This document shows positions 41,831-52,309 of a DNA stretch of 64,000 bases, piece after piece; the stretch's first letter is position 1; each line of letters opens with the position of its first letter. The notes under the pieces are model-generated. The model saw only the letters and a list, made by a program, of their open reading frames with translations, searched no databases and was not told the origin of the DNA. This DNA is from Sulfolobales archaeon HS-7. Lineage in GTDB: Archaea > Thermoproteota > Thermoprotei_A > Sulfolobales > Sulfolobaceae. The translations under genes were made by a program, and so were the position numbers. The DNA is taken from positions 1,024,001 to 1,088,000 of the forward strand of contig AP024596.1 in the NCBI GenBank assembly GCA_019704295.1, given 5' to 3'.

Positions 41831-43150
41831 TCACTTCTTGAAAATTGTCTGTAGTAAGATGAGCACTAGAATAGCTATTACACCCGCAACTATCATTATG
41901 TAGAAGGTCAAAGGATTCAATGCAGTTGCCTCTTGGGGTGATATGAAAACAGTTAAGAATTCTGGGGCGATTGATTTATCGAACAGCGTCTCTCCCTCCC
42001 TTCCCTGCCATATCGCAAAGGCAACGTTATATTCCTGTCCCACTTTGAATGTAGGCATGAATTTCGACTCATGAGGGGAGACAGTCATACTCCTCACGAA
42101 TTCCACTGTCCAATACCCATTCGAATAGTTTGCACCCGTCCAGATCATGAAGAGAGATCCATTTAGACCAGACGATGCAACAGGAGAGTACCATATACCT
42201 GAGGTGTCGACCTCATACATATCAGTTTGGTTTGTAAAGAGAGGTACGGCAAATCCGTGATCTGTGGTGTAATTAAGTCCTGTCAGCGACGTATTTTGCC
42301 ATAGATTGTATTTAAAGGCAGGATTAAGTGTAGAATTCCATGTCGCTCCAGAAACCCACATCCATATGTTAGCAGGACCTGCTGATAGTGACCCTCCTGC
42401 TTCCGAAAAGTTAAAACCATCGAAAATTTGCCCTGGATATTTACCCCCTACATTCATTGCATCCATCGGTTCAGTTTCGTTTCCCATATACCACATTATC
42501 GCGGCTCTGTCAGGGTAATACCACGTTTGATTGGTATAATAACCGTAGAAAAGTCCTGAGGAATAAAGGATAGCCTCGATTGGCCTGGGGGAGTGATATA
42601 AGAGTATTGTGTTGTTACTCACGGTTATTTGAGTACTGTTTGGGAATAGTATGGAAACTCCTTCATGCATAACCTCTAATCTTCCCTGGTAAGTCTTTCC
42701 GTTAACTATTGCTGTATAATTCGTGTAATTATTTAGGATTTTATAAGTTGTATTGGGTTCTAACTCAATTATTCTAAAAAGTCCTATTCCTGTCGCTGAG
42801 GAATTTAGGGCTGCTGCAGCAGCCGACCACGCGTTGAACGCGGGTTCTGGGGAATACCATCTCATTAGTACGAACATATCTGTACCGTTATAGGCCATCT
42901 TTACTTCCACCCAGTGAGTTTCACCAGATGTAGGAACTCCTTTGAGATTAGGGGCTAATGTAACGTTTGTCCAGGGGATATTTCTCCAGAAAGGCTCTGA
43001 GCCAGGTGCGCCAAGATCTGCGCTCCCCGAAACTTTATATGCTATAATTTGAGGTGCCGTTAATCCCTCAACTAGGAGTCCTCCAATAAGAATTAAAACA
43101 AAGGCAATTAATGTGACGATCAAGTTTATTCTCCTGTTAAAGGCTACCAT
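41831..43150 (-). CDS. cbsA: Cytochrome b558/566 subunit A (DOMON/EbdC-like heme b domain)
   Basis: [49 protein letters not shown]...DKS. Many sequons, N- and C-terminal TM, adjacent to soxLN. Confidence 0.8.
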   Translation of the reverse strand: MVAFNRRINLIVTLIAFVLILIGGLLVEGLTAPQIIAYKVSGSADLGAPGSEPFWRNIPWTNVTLAPNLKGVPTSGETHWVEVKMAYNGTDMFVLMRWYSPEPAFNAWSAAAAALNSSATGIGLFRIIELEPNTTYKILNNYTNYTAIVNGKTYQGRLEVMHEGVSILFPNSTQITVSNNTILLYHSPRPIEAILYSSGLFYGYYTNQTWYYPDRAAIMWYMGNETEPMDAMNVGGKYPGQIFDGFNFSEAGGSLSAGPANIWMWVSGATWNSTLNPAFKYNLWQNTSLTGLNYTTDHGFAVPLFTNQTDMYEVDTSGIWYSPVASSGLNGSLFMIWTGANYSNGYWTVEFVRSMTVSPHESKFMPTFKVGQEYNVAFAIWQGREGETLFDKSIAPEFLTVFISPQEATALNPLTFYIMIVAGVIAILVLILLQTIFKK

Positions 43151-43172
43151 AGCAGTATTCTCTGAACGGTAA

Positions 43173-43512
43173 CTTAAATCGGTATACCCTTGTACGTAAT
43201 CGGTAAATTATACAATAAGTACAACGTTTTCAAAGTATTTACCAGCCTTTTTCTCTGTTAACAACTGCTGCAGGCAGTTTATGAAAGTCGTATACTAAGT
43301 AATAAGTGTTTTAAAACTTAGGAAGTCTGCAAAGGAGTTTAATTTCTCGTAATTCTTTCGTACTATCGTCCTGGCTATGTACCAAGGAGTAGATTATCCG
43401 CGTATATTAAAATTTAGTTAATAAAGTAAGTAACGTCTATTCAACATTGGACACTATCTCGTGGGAATTTCTCAAAAATAGGAGGACTTTGTACAACGTA
43501 GTTAACTTATAT
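43173..43512. promoter_or_regulatory. Divergent cbsA/soxL promoter region
   Basis: TTTAAG (minus, 43178-43173) ~25 nt before the cbsA ATG. CTTATA (43506-43511) ~30 nt before soxL. GTACAA 15-17 nt upstream of each. Confidence 0.55.
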
Positions 43513-43537
43513 CTAACGATGCAGAAAATAATATGAA

Positions 43538-44440
43538 GTGAAAATGTCGAGACCCCTTAGAAGATGGGATATTCTATTTGCTCAAATGCTATCAAGAATG
43601 ATGAGAAATCCGCGGACTAAATTTGATGAGAGAGAGTTTGTAAAAGGCGGAGAAACTTACCTTCTTAATTACGTTAGTAAAAATGCCGGTTCAATTGATG
43701 AGAATAGGAGAAACTTTCTGAAGGGATTAGTTATAGGTGTTGGTGCGGCTACAGTAGCGGGCTTTATACCAGGTCTTTCCTCGTTAATTCCCCCAAATGT
43801 TGGCTTAACATCATTCCCCAAAATAATACTCTTAGCCTCGAATGGTAAGCCAATTACTGCCTCCTCAATACCAGTTAACGAACCTATAATAACCGTATTT
43901 CTCTACCCTCTTCAGAATGAACCTAATTTCCTCGTAAACCTAGGAGATGAAAATAATAATCCTGTAGAAATTAAGCCTACGACAGTTACTGTTCCAGCAA
44001 ACGGTCAAAAGTATAAATTTCCAGGAGGAGTAGGTCCTTACAATTCGATTGTAGCCTATAGTGCAATATGTCAACATTTGGGATGCCAGCCTCCAGAAAT
44101 CCACTTCTATCCTCCGCAATATATGAAGTTAGGCATGGCACCGCCCTCTTCTTTAACTTCACAGGCATTACAGGCGGCTACGTCAGCTAATGCCCCAGGC
44201 GTTATTCATTGCGATTGTCACGGCTCCACTTACGATCCGTATCACGGGGCTTCCGTTTTAACAGGACCGACAGTGAGGCCTTTGCCGTTCGTATTGTTAG
44301 AATGGGATGAGAAGACGGATTACCTTTACGCGATAGGGGAAGGCGGCGTACCTGTATATGGACATGTATCTGATCTAACGGGTGGTACACCTCTTTCTTA
44401 TGACTATACTACTGTCACGCAAGAGGTAAACCCATTCTGA
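43538..44440 (+). CDS. soxL: Rieske [2Fe-2S] protein, SoxL type
   Basis: Tat-like NRRNFLK. Rieske boxes CQHLGC and CDCHGS with the long Sulfolobales-type insertion between them. Confidence 0.88.
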   Translation: MKMSRPLRRWDILFAQMLSRMMRNPRTKFDEREFVKGGETYLLNYVSKNAGSIDENRRNFLKGLVIGVGAATVAGFIPGLSSLIPPNVGLTSFPKIILLASNGKPITASSIPVNEPIITVFLYPLQNEPNFLVNLGDENNNPVEIKPTTVTVPANGQKYKFPGGVGPYNSIVAYSAICQHLGCQPPEIHFYPPQYMKLGMAPPSSLTSQALQAATSANAPGVIHCDCHGSTYDPYHGASVLTGPTVRPLPFVLLEWDEKTDYLYAIGEGGVPVYGHVSDLTGGTPLSYDYTTVTQEVNPF

Positions 44441-44449
44441 ATTCGAGGG

Positions 44450-46036
44450 GTGAGTAGTACGTCCTCATGGTTTAAGGAAAGGTTGGGCTTAGACGATCTC
44501 CCATTTTTTAGAACTCCAGATTACATGTATAACGTAAACTATTGGCTAGGTGCACTGGTGGCAGGCGCATTTATTTATGCGGTAATTAGTGGTTTATTTC
44601 TGCTACTGTACTATTACCCTAGCGATCCTTACGGTGAAACATGGTTTTTAATACTTCTGGTTCCCTATGGGTCGGTCGTACTCTTTAGCCATTTATATTC
44701 CTCTTATGCAATGATAATTCTTGCCTACATCCACATGTTTAGGAACTACTTTTCAGGAGCGTATAAGAAACCTAGGGAAATCCCCTGGGTAATTGGTGTT
44801 CTCATGCTTGTACTAACATTGGCTGCTTCCTTTGTTGGGTACTCCCTCATAGCTGACGTATTGGGCGTAGACGCAGTCGACGTAGGAAGGGGAATTTTAA
44901 ATCAACTTCCCGGAGGAGGAATATTCAATTCGTTATTTTTTGGGAACGGTACCTCTCTTGATCTCTACACAAGGCTTTTAGCATGGCACATAATTCTTGT
45001 TGCAGCCATTGGAATGCTCTTTGTGTTCCACTTCTTCTTAGCTGAGAAACATGGTATTATGCCAGCTAGAAGGGAAAAGCCTACAGTGCCTGCTGTGTAT
45101 TCCAAGGAAGAGGAGAGCAAATTCAATCCATGGTGGCCTAGGAATTTCGTTTACATGTTATCACTTCTTTTCATAACTTGGGGCTTCATAATAATGGTTC
45201 CAAATGCACTAGCAGAGATAAACGGCCTCCCGTTACTCGTAAATCCTCATCCAGCTCCGTCTCCCACATCGCCCATGGCATCAACGGTTCCTGCGTATCC
45301 ACCTTGGTTTTTCCTTTTCTTTTACAAGATAGCCGACTTCTTACAGCCTAATGGTCAACCGTATAGTCCGTTATTGGCTTTAATTATAGCTGTGGCAATA
45401 CCCTTAATCTACCTAATAGCACTTCCATTTATGGATAGAAGTAAGTACCTAACTCCCTGGAAAAGAAAACTATGGATATGGATAGGTATTCTCATGATAA
45501 CTTACCTAATAGAGACTTCGGTGTGGGGATATGAACAACCAGGTGTTCCTGAACCTTTCTTAGTACAAGCCGAACTGTATCTACCTCCCGCCATAATAGC
45601 TGGGGTTGCGTTATATCTCATTCGCCCTAGAGGCAGTTCAGCAGTAAAAAAAGCGTCATTAAGCCCCCTGAACGTTTTAGCGTTAACTGTGCTTGCATTA
45701 CTCTTGGTTGGAACACTTGGCGATTTCATCTCAGACCCAACAGTATTTGGATTAGGAATACTTATCCCATTGATCATGGCAACAGTCATAGGTTTTCGAA
45801 GCGTAAACGTAACTGAGCAGAGTAAGGTTAATCCACCTAAATTAAAGGTGAACAGGAAAATTGGAGAGGTACTCTTGTTAATCATCTTGATTTTATCAGT
45901 CCTTGTAGCATCTACGATGTGGACGTTACCGTCATTGGGACCTCTCTCAAATCTCTTCGGAGTAGAATTGGGTATACTTTTCATACTGCTTGGAGAGGCC
46001 CTATCGCTATATCATCACTTAGTTTTCGTCAAGTGA
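44450..46036 (+). CDS. soxN: Cytochrome b, SoxN type
   Basis: Heme His pairs SHLYSSYAMIILAYIH and WHIILVAAIGMLFVFH; GAYKKPRE; YPPWFF (PEWY equivalent). Confidence 0.88.
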   Translation: MSSTSSWFKERLGLDDLPFFRTPDYMYNVNYWLGALVAGAFIYAVISGLFLLLYYYPSDPYGETWFLILLVPYGSVVLFSHLYSSYAMIILAYIHMFRNYFSGAYKKPREIPWVIGVLMLVLTLAASFVGYSLIADVLGVDAVDVGRGILNQLPGGGIFNSLFFGNGTSLDLYTRLLAWHIILVAAIGMLFVFHFFLAEKHGIMPARREKPTVPAVYSKEEESKFNPWWPRNFVYMLSLLFITWGFIIMVPNALAEINGLPLLVNPHPAPSPTSPMASTVPAYPPWFFLFFYKIADFLQPNGQPYSPLLALIIAVAIPLIYLIALPFMDRSKYLTPWKRKLWIWIGILMITYLIETSVWGYEQPGVPEPFLVQAELYLPPAIIAGVALYLIRPRGSSAVKKASLSPLNVLALTVLALLLVGTLGDFISDPTVFGLGILIPLIMATVIGFRSVNVTEQSKVNPPKLKVNRKIGEVLLLIILILSVLVASTMWTLPSLGPLSNLFGVELGILFILLGEALSLYHHLVFVK

Positions 46037-46086
46037 AACATTTTTGCCTTAGTTAAGCTTTTAGTTTTTATTTCCCTTAAATCGTC

Positions 46087-49000
46087 ATGAAAGGATATTA
46101 CACATACCCAGAGATACGGGGTAACACGCTACTTTTCGTTTCAGACGACGACTTGTGGAAAATGGATTTAACTGATATGAAACCTCAGAGGCTAACCTAT
46201 GATATTGGTGTAGTGACTAAGTCTAGAATATCCCCGGATGGTAGGAACGTCGCGTTTTTGGTTACTCAAATCGGTAATGGCTATGGCATAAACGAAGTCT
46301 TTGTCGTGTCAATTGATGGGGGAATTCCAAAGAGGTTAACCTACTTCGGAAGCAGGAGAACAGATCTTGTAGGATGGCTAGACAATGAGAGGGTAATCCT
46401 TACTTCCGACTATCTTACTCCTTTTCCTTCTAGAACCGATCTTTTTACAGTAAGCGTTTCAGGGGGAATGCCAGAGAGACTTCCCTATGGCCAAGCTACC
46501 GATTTGGTAATAGGTAACGGAATTACAGTTCTGAGTAGATATACTAATGACCTTCAATATTGGAAGCGGTATAAGGGGGGTACTAAGGGCGTTCTTTACA
46601 TAAGTCGAGACGGGAGAAATTTTCAAAAGTTCTTAGAGTTAAACGGAAATATAAATTCCCCAATGATAGTGGGAGATAGGCTGTACTTCATATCCGACTT
46701 TGAGGGCTTTGGTAATATATATTCGGTTGACTTCAATGGTAACGATATGAGGAAGCATACAAATTTGAACGACTATTACGCGAGAAATGCAAGGAGCGAT
46801 GGCAGAAGGATAGTATTTCAGTCGGGTGGACAGGTTTACTTGATGGTAGACGACAACATCCAGCTCCTTGATATCGATATACCTACTATAGGAAAGAAGC
46901 GAATGCCCAAATTCGTTGATGTGAAGATAGGCGATATCGGAATTAATGGCGATGTCTCTATGATAGGAATTACATCTAGGGGGAAACCATTTATAATGAG
47001 ACCTTGGGATGGTCCAGTCTTTCAACTTGGGGAGAAGAATGGGGTGCGGTATAAGTTCGTCGAGATAAGCGGCAGAAGAGTGGTTACTGTTTCAGATGAA
47101 ACGGGAGAAGAGAGAGTGGAGATACATGAGCTACCCGATGATGGAAAGAGAAGAGTCGATGTCGACTTTGGAAGGATAGAGAATATGAGAATGTCTCCTG
47201 ATGGGAAATATTTGCTTCTCTCAAATCACAAGTTTGAGATATGGCTTCTCAACTTAGACGATCTGAGTTACAGAATGATAGATAAGAGCGAGTATGGGAT
47301 AATTTGGGACATTGCATGGCATCCTAAGTCTTACATGTTCGCTTACACTTTTAGGGAAGACAACTTCGCAATGTCAATAAAGATGGGAAACGTTGATGGT
47401 AAAACGTGGAGAGTAACAACGCCGACATCCATAGATTATTCCCCGAGCTTCGATAAATCTGGAAAATACCTATATTTCCTGTCAAGGAGGCATTTAGATC
47501 CAGTATACGATAGGATTATATTTAACCTGAGCTTTCCGTTAGCTTCTAAGCCCTATATGGCTATTCTCGGTAAGGGATACTCCCCGTTTGATGGTTCACC
47601 GGATGAGGAGTTTATAGAAGATCCCGAAGGAGTTTTAGAGAGGATAGTTCCAATGCCTATTGACGAGTCAAATTACGTCAAGGTAGTGGGCGGTAATAAC
47701 AAAGTGTTTCTCCTCTCATTCCCCGTTGAAGGCAGTATGAGGGGATGGTATTCACAATCCCCTGATAAACCCACGGGCGTAATTGAGGTATTCGACGTTC
47801 AGACGAGAACGAAAGAAGTTTTCCTCCAAGGAGTTTCGGACCTCAGAATGAGCCATGACGGTAATAAACTTGTGGTCAAGCAGGGGGAGCAGTTGAGGAT
47901 TGTAGAGACCAGCAAGAAGCCTGACGTTACGACAAGCGAGCCAGGTCCTAAGACTGGGTTCATCGACTTAAAGAGGGTGAAGGTCTACGTCGAGCCAGAG
48001 AGAGAATGGTCCCAAATGTTAAGGGAAACGTGGAGGCTAATGAGGGATAATTACTGGGATGAGAAAATGAGGGGGATAAATTGGGAGGAAATTTACGAAA
48101 AGTACAGGAGGCTTCTGCCAAGAGTTAACACAAGATTCGAGTTATCTGACGTGATAAAGGAGATGATAGGAGAATTGGGTACATCACATACTTACGAGAT
48201 TCCTTTTGACTTTGATGTGGAGAAGCCTTACCCAATAGGTGGACTCGGCGCAGAGTTAAAGTTTGAGAGCGGTTGTTATAAGGTCGTTAAGTTATTTTAT
48301 GGTGATAAAGCAAATGAGGGAGAGAAATCTCCTCTAATGGCGCCTGGTGTTGAGGTAAAGGAAGGGGATTGCATAACAGCTATAGACGGTGTAGAGTTAA
48401 CTAAGGACGTAAATCCCCTTTCACTACTTATAAATAAGGCTGATCAGTTCGTCACTATGGACATTCTAAGCAGTGGAATAAAAAGAAAAGTTTACGTTAG
48501 GACTTTGAGAGATGAAAAGAGCCTAATGTACAGGTGGTGGGTGGAAAGCAATAGGAGGTACGTTTACGAGAAAACTAACGGGTTAGTTGGATACGTTCAT
48601 GTGCCTGATATGGGACCTAGAGGATATGCGGAATTCATGAGATTGTACCCTCAGGAAATACAGAGGAGGGGAATTATTATAGATGTAAGGTTTAATACTG
48701 GAGGCCACGTTTCCCCACTTCTAATAGAGAGATTGGCGTTAAAAAGAATTGGAGAAGATAGACCAAGAAGGGGAAAACCCGTACCCTATCCACAGTTAGC
48801 TCCACCCGAGGTATTAGTTGCCTTGACCAACGAAAACGCAGGTTCTGATGGGGATATATTCAGTTACTCATTTAAACGTCTCAAGTTAGGACCCCTCATA
48901 GGAAAGAGAACTTGGGGAGGAGTAATAGGTATTACAGGTCGTCATAGATTAGTTGATGGTACGATGGTTTCGCAGCCTGAGTTTGCGTTTTTCTTTGACG

Positions 49001-49158
49001 ACGTGGGATTAGGGGTGGAGAATTACGGAGTGGATCCAGATATAGAGGTAGATATATTGCCTCAAGATTACGCAGTGGGCAGAGATGTTCAGCTAGATAA
49101 GGCAATCGAAGTCGCAATGGAAAGACTAAAAGCTCAAACTAAGGTAGAACAGGTTTGA
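46087..49158 (+). CDS. tri: Tricorn protease (S41)
   Basis: WKRYKGG, beta-propeller repeats, GELGTSH, PDZ region, GYVHVPDMG, NTGG, AGSDGD nucleophile, GKRTWGG, ENYGVDPD. Confidence 0.95.
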   Translation: MKGYYTYPEIRGNTLLFVSDDDLWKMDLTDMKPQRLTYDIGVVTKSRISPDGRNVAFLVTQIGNGYGINEVFVVSIDGGIPKRLTYFGSRRTDLVGWLDNERVILTSDYLTPFPSRTDLFTVSVSGGMPERLPYGQATDLVIGNGITVLSRYTNDLQYWKRYKGGTKGVLYISRDGRNFQKFLELNGNINSPMIVGDRLYFISDFEGFGNIYSVDFNGNDMRKHTNLNDYYARNARSDGRRIVFQSGGQVYLMVDDNIQLLDIDIPTIGKKRMPKFVDVKIGDIGINGDVSMIGITSRGKPFIMRPWDGPVFQLGEKNGVRYKFVEISGRRVVTVSDETGEERVEIHELPDDGKRRVDVDFGRIENMRMSPDGKYLLLSNHKFEIWLLNLDDLSYRMIDKSEYGIIWDIAWHPKSYMFAYTFREDNFAMSIKMGNVDGKTWRVTTPTSIDYSPSFDKSGKYLYFLSRRHLDPVYDRIIFNLSFPLASKPYMAILGKGYSPFDGSPDEEFIEDPEGVLERIVPMPIDESNYVKVVGGNNKVFLLSFPVEGSMRGWYSQSPDKPTGVIEVFDVQTRTKEVFLQGVSDLRMSHDGNKLVVKQGEQLRIVETSKKPDVTTSEPGPKTGFIDLKRVKVYVEPEREWSQMLRETWRLMRDNYWDEKMRGINWEEIYEKYRRLLPRVNTRFELSDVIKEMIGELGTSHTYEIPFDFDVEKPYPIGGLGAELKFESGCYKVVKLFYGDKANEGEKSPLMAPGVEVKEGDCITAIDGVELTKDVNPLSLLINKADQFVTMDILSSGIKRKVYVRTLRDEKSLMYRWWVESNRRYVYEKTNGLVGYVHVPDMGPRGYAEFMRLYPQEIQRRGIIIDVRFNTGGHVSPLLIERLALKRIGEDRPRRGKPVPYPQLAPPEVLVALTNENAGSDGDIFSYSFKRLKLGPLIGKRTWGGVIGITGRHRLVDGTMVSQPEFAFFFDDVGLGVENYGVDPDIEVDILPQDYAVGRDVQLDKAIEVAMERLKAQTKVEQV

Positions 49159-50903
49159 CTCCTGACGAGGCATACGATATAAGGATTGTAGGAGAGGTTG
49201 TACTGTGGCAAAAAGACACGTTCTTTACACAGACCTGGATAGAAAATAATCAATATAGGACGGCGATTTTTAAGAACGGCTCACAGTCTACGAGAGGTAA
49301 TGATACGTTAATTAAGGTGGCGAATGACGGGATTTACTTCGTAAGGAATCAGGATGGGATTTCCAAACTCATGTTCATGTCAGAATATGCCGAACCTGTC
49401 GAGTTACTAACCTTGGGTAAAATTGTAAAGTACGACTTTCATGCAGATGGCATTCTGATCATCGGGGAGGAGAAAAAAGACAATAGCGGCATATTTGAGA
49501 CAAAAAGGCATAAGTTCAAGTTCAATGGGAGGGGGCTACTAACAAGTACTCAGTCTCTTTTCCTATTCAACAAGGAAGGGCTAAGGAAAATAGTGTCGGG
49601 GGACTTCGATGTAACTGACTTAGCCACCAATGGAAAAAGGGTGGTAATATCTGCTACAATAGAGGATAACGACAGGAACTTGTCAAATCTCTATGATGTG
49701 GACCTAAATTCAGGTGAACTAAGGAAATTGACAAATGAGGTTGGGGATGTAATTGCTGTAGCCATGAACGAGAAAGGAGAAGTGGCTTACCTAGGACACA
49801 AAAACGGTTTAGCGCCTTGGTCGTCTAATAAACTGTTCTTGCTTGATCTTGGAAAGGAATTCATGTGTGGAAACAATTGTGGGTCTAAGGTGTTGTCAGA
49901 TTTATTCGACTCAGTTAAGGAGAAGATCATTTATAAGGGGGATACGATAATAGCGGCAGGGCAGACAGGAGGGGCAGTTCACCTCTATCAGATAGACGAT
50001 AAGGTAACCCAACTAACCAGCGGAAATATCGTTGTAAGGTCTTTTGATTACGACGGTAATTCCTTGGCGTACGTCTACTCTACACCAATAAAACCCACGT
50101 TATTAAAGTCCGGTTCCTGGGAATACGATCCTAATCCCGCCTTGCGGGCCATTTCACCCGAAGAGGTAATTGAAAACAAGGGTTGGATAATTAGAACTAA
50201 AAGGGAAAATCCGACAATTCTCTTCATACATGGTGGACCTCATATGGCTTACGGTTATTCCTATTTCATAGAATTTCAGTTTTTTGCGTTAAATGGATAT
50301 AATGTAGCTTATTATAATCCCCCAGGAAGTCAGGGATACGGAGAGGAATATGCTAAGGCATGTGTAGGTGATTGGGGTGGGAGTGATATGGAGGAGTTAT
50401 TGAACTTTCTAACTACTGTAAGGGAAAAATATGGTCTAACCGGTAAGGTAGGAGTCACTGGAGGCTCATACGGTGGATATATGACAAACTGGTTAATAAC
50501 TAAGGTTGATATCTTCTCTGCAGCAATAAGTGAAAGGGGAATATCTAACCTATTAAGCATGTGCGGTACAAGCGATATAGGATTTTGGTTTAACGCAGTT
50601 GAGGCGGGTGTAGAGGATCCGTGGTCAACTGAGGGTATTGCAAAGCTCATGAAATTATCTCCAATAACTTACGTAAGGAATGTAAAGACCCCACTTCTTC
50701 TTATTCATGGAGAGAACGATTACAGATGTCCAATAGAACAGGCAGAACAGTTTTATCAGGGTTTAGTGGATCAGGTTGACGTAAAGCTTGTCATATATAA
50801 TGAGGAAGATCACGAACACGCAAGGCGCGGTAAACCAATTAACATGAAGGATAGACTATCCAAAAAGCTGGATTGGTTTGATGAACATTTAAAAAAGAAC
50901 TAG
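49155..50903 (+). CDS. S9 family peptidase (acylaminoacyl/dipeptidyl peptidase)
   Basis: IHGGPH, GGSYGG, IHGENDYRC, EDH. TTGA overlap with tricorn. Confidence 0.93.
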   Translation: MTPDEAYDIRIVGEVVLWQKDTFFTQTWIENNQYRTAIFKNGSQSTRGNDTLIKVANDGIYFVRNQDGISKLMFMSEYAEPVELLTLGKIVKYDFHADGILIIGEEKKDNSGIFETKRHKFKFNGRGLLTSTQSLFLFNKEGLRKIVSGDFDVTDLATNGKRVVISATIEDNDRNLSNLYDVDLNSGELRKLTNEVGDVIAVAMNEKGEVAYLGHKNGLAPWSSNKLFLLDLGKEFMCGNNCGSKVLSDLFDSVKEKIIYKGDTIIAAGQTGGAVHLYQIDDKVTQLTSGNIVVRSFDYDGNSLAYVYSTPIKPTLLKSGSWEYDPNPALRAISPEEVIENKGWIIRTKRENPTILFIHGGPHMAYGYSYFIEFQFFALNGYNVAYYNPPGSQGYGEEYAKACVGDWGGSDMEELLNFLTTVREKYGLTGKVGVTGGSYGGYMTNWLITKVDIFSAAISERGISNLLSMCGTSDIGFWFNAVEAGVEDPWSTEGIAKLMKLSPITYVRNVKTPLLLIHGENDYRCPIEQAEQFYQGLVDQVDVKLVIYNEEDHEHARRGKPINMKDRLSKKLDWFDEHLKKN

Positions 50904-51268
50904 GCAGTTGCCTTTTTCTCTGTTCTACGGGAGATACTCCCACGCAGTGTAATTGAGTCCTCCCTTACTAACTCAGTACCATCAGAGAAATATTTATTTA
51001 TATCTCTTATTATCTGTTTAATCTCCTCTTGTTTTTTCCTGAGCGTAACTATCTTTTCTAGTAACTCCTTGCCTTTATTAGTTATTACATAGGTATCATC
51101 TTTTTTAATAACAAGTCCTCCATCTATCAATCTGTTTAAGTATTTTTCAGTCAATTCGTATGATAAATTAGCCTTATTCATAATTGCAGTCTTCTTAGCC
51201 CCGTTCCTTACAACATTTAAGATATCCCAGAGAATGCTAATACTTGTTCTCTTTTTTCTATTTACCAT
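50900..51268 (-). CDS. Winged-helix DNA-binding protein (HTH_45-like)
   Basis: KRTSISILWDIL...KKTAIMNKANLSY...KYLNRLIDGGLV...YVITNKG. Confidence 0.85.
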   Translation of the reverse strand: MVNRKKRTSISILWDILNVVRNGAKKTAIMNKANLSYELTEKYLNRLIDGGLVIKKDDTYVITNKGKELLEKIVTLRKKQEEIKQIIRDINKYFSDGTELVREDSITLRGSISRRTEKKATA

Positions 51269-51399
51269 TAATAGATATGTGGAGTTATCGAATATAAATC
51301 TATTGCATACAATTGTGGAAAGGCGGATTAAGAGAATTAGGAACGTTATTAACTGTAAGTTAATGGAGTGAAAATCGCTCCCAGAACTTACTAGGGATA

Positions 51400-52008
51400 T
51401 TAACCAAGGGACTCGATATCGATATGCTTACTTTGCGTCGAAATTCCCTTTTTACTAACGTTGGGGTTTGGGGCAAATTCCGATACAAAATAGTCGCTTT
51501 CGTATACAAAATCCTTGATCTTTCCTGAAACTTCGTACCAACTATTTCTAGGAGTTGTTCTATAGAGTCGTAATTTGAAATCCCTTGAAATTTCCTTAAG
51601 CGCAGTTAAACATACATCATATATTGGGCACTGCGAACACGGACCATTCCTCTTAATATCCACTCTATCAAGATATCCCGAATTAGAAATATATATTAGC
51701 TTATAAGATGGGATTTTCTCTCTATTAAAGGGTATCAATAGTTTTGCGATTATAGAGAAGTCCTTAGAAATTACCTGGTATTTTCTCAAATTTGAAAGTA
51801 AGTAATAGTAGTAACTCTTACTTATTTCAGTAATTTCGCTCCCTGTAAGTACATCAACGTATAAATCTGACATTAACTTATCGAATATATTTTCTTTAAT
51901 GAGTATTACTTTCCTATCCGTTAACGGCCTCTCTACCTTAATTCTCTTTACGGAGCATTTACTCTGTTTAGCTGAGTTAGAGCCATCCAGTGCTACTTGA
52001 TATGACAT
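51400..52008 (-). CDS. Hypothetical protein with HTH-like segment and CxxC-x5-C motif
   Basis: EISKSYYYYLLSNLRKYQVI and GPCSQCPIYDVC. Start codon uncertain. Confidence 0.55.
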   Translation of the reverse strand: MSYQVALDGSNSAKQSKCSVKRIKVERPLTDRKVILIKENIFDKLMSDLYVDVLTGSEITEISKSYYYYLLSNLRKYQVISKDFSIIAKLLIPFNREKIPSYKLIYISNSGYLDRVDIKRNGPCSQCPIYDVCLTALKEISRDFKLRLYRTTPRNSWYEVSGKIKDFVYESDYFVSEFAPNPNVSKKGISTQSKHIDIESLG

Positions 52009-52309
52009 GTCTTGTACTCTACCCAACTTCGATAATAATGATTGAATGTATTTAAGGTTAGATTATGAGAAGAATTAACACTATTATAGAGCACTAATAT
52101 AAATTTGTTAGCAAAAGTGGTATTAGTTATACTATTTATGATGTTTCTCCCTTGTTATATCTTGAAGAGTTGAGAAATTGCATAATTAAAGTTAAGACAT
52201 AATTAAGTATCTTATATATATTTTATAAAATTTTTTAGTAATGAGAATAGATTAGTAAGTGTCAATTTTTTTTAGAAGAGTTTTTAACTTTTTTTCTAAA
52301 TCATCACTC

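Noticed and set aside
45502-45984. 160-aa antisense ORF in soxN, and the many other short antisense ORFs in the track
   Set aside because: Shadows of well-supported genes on the opposite strand
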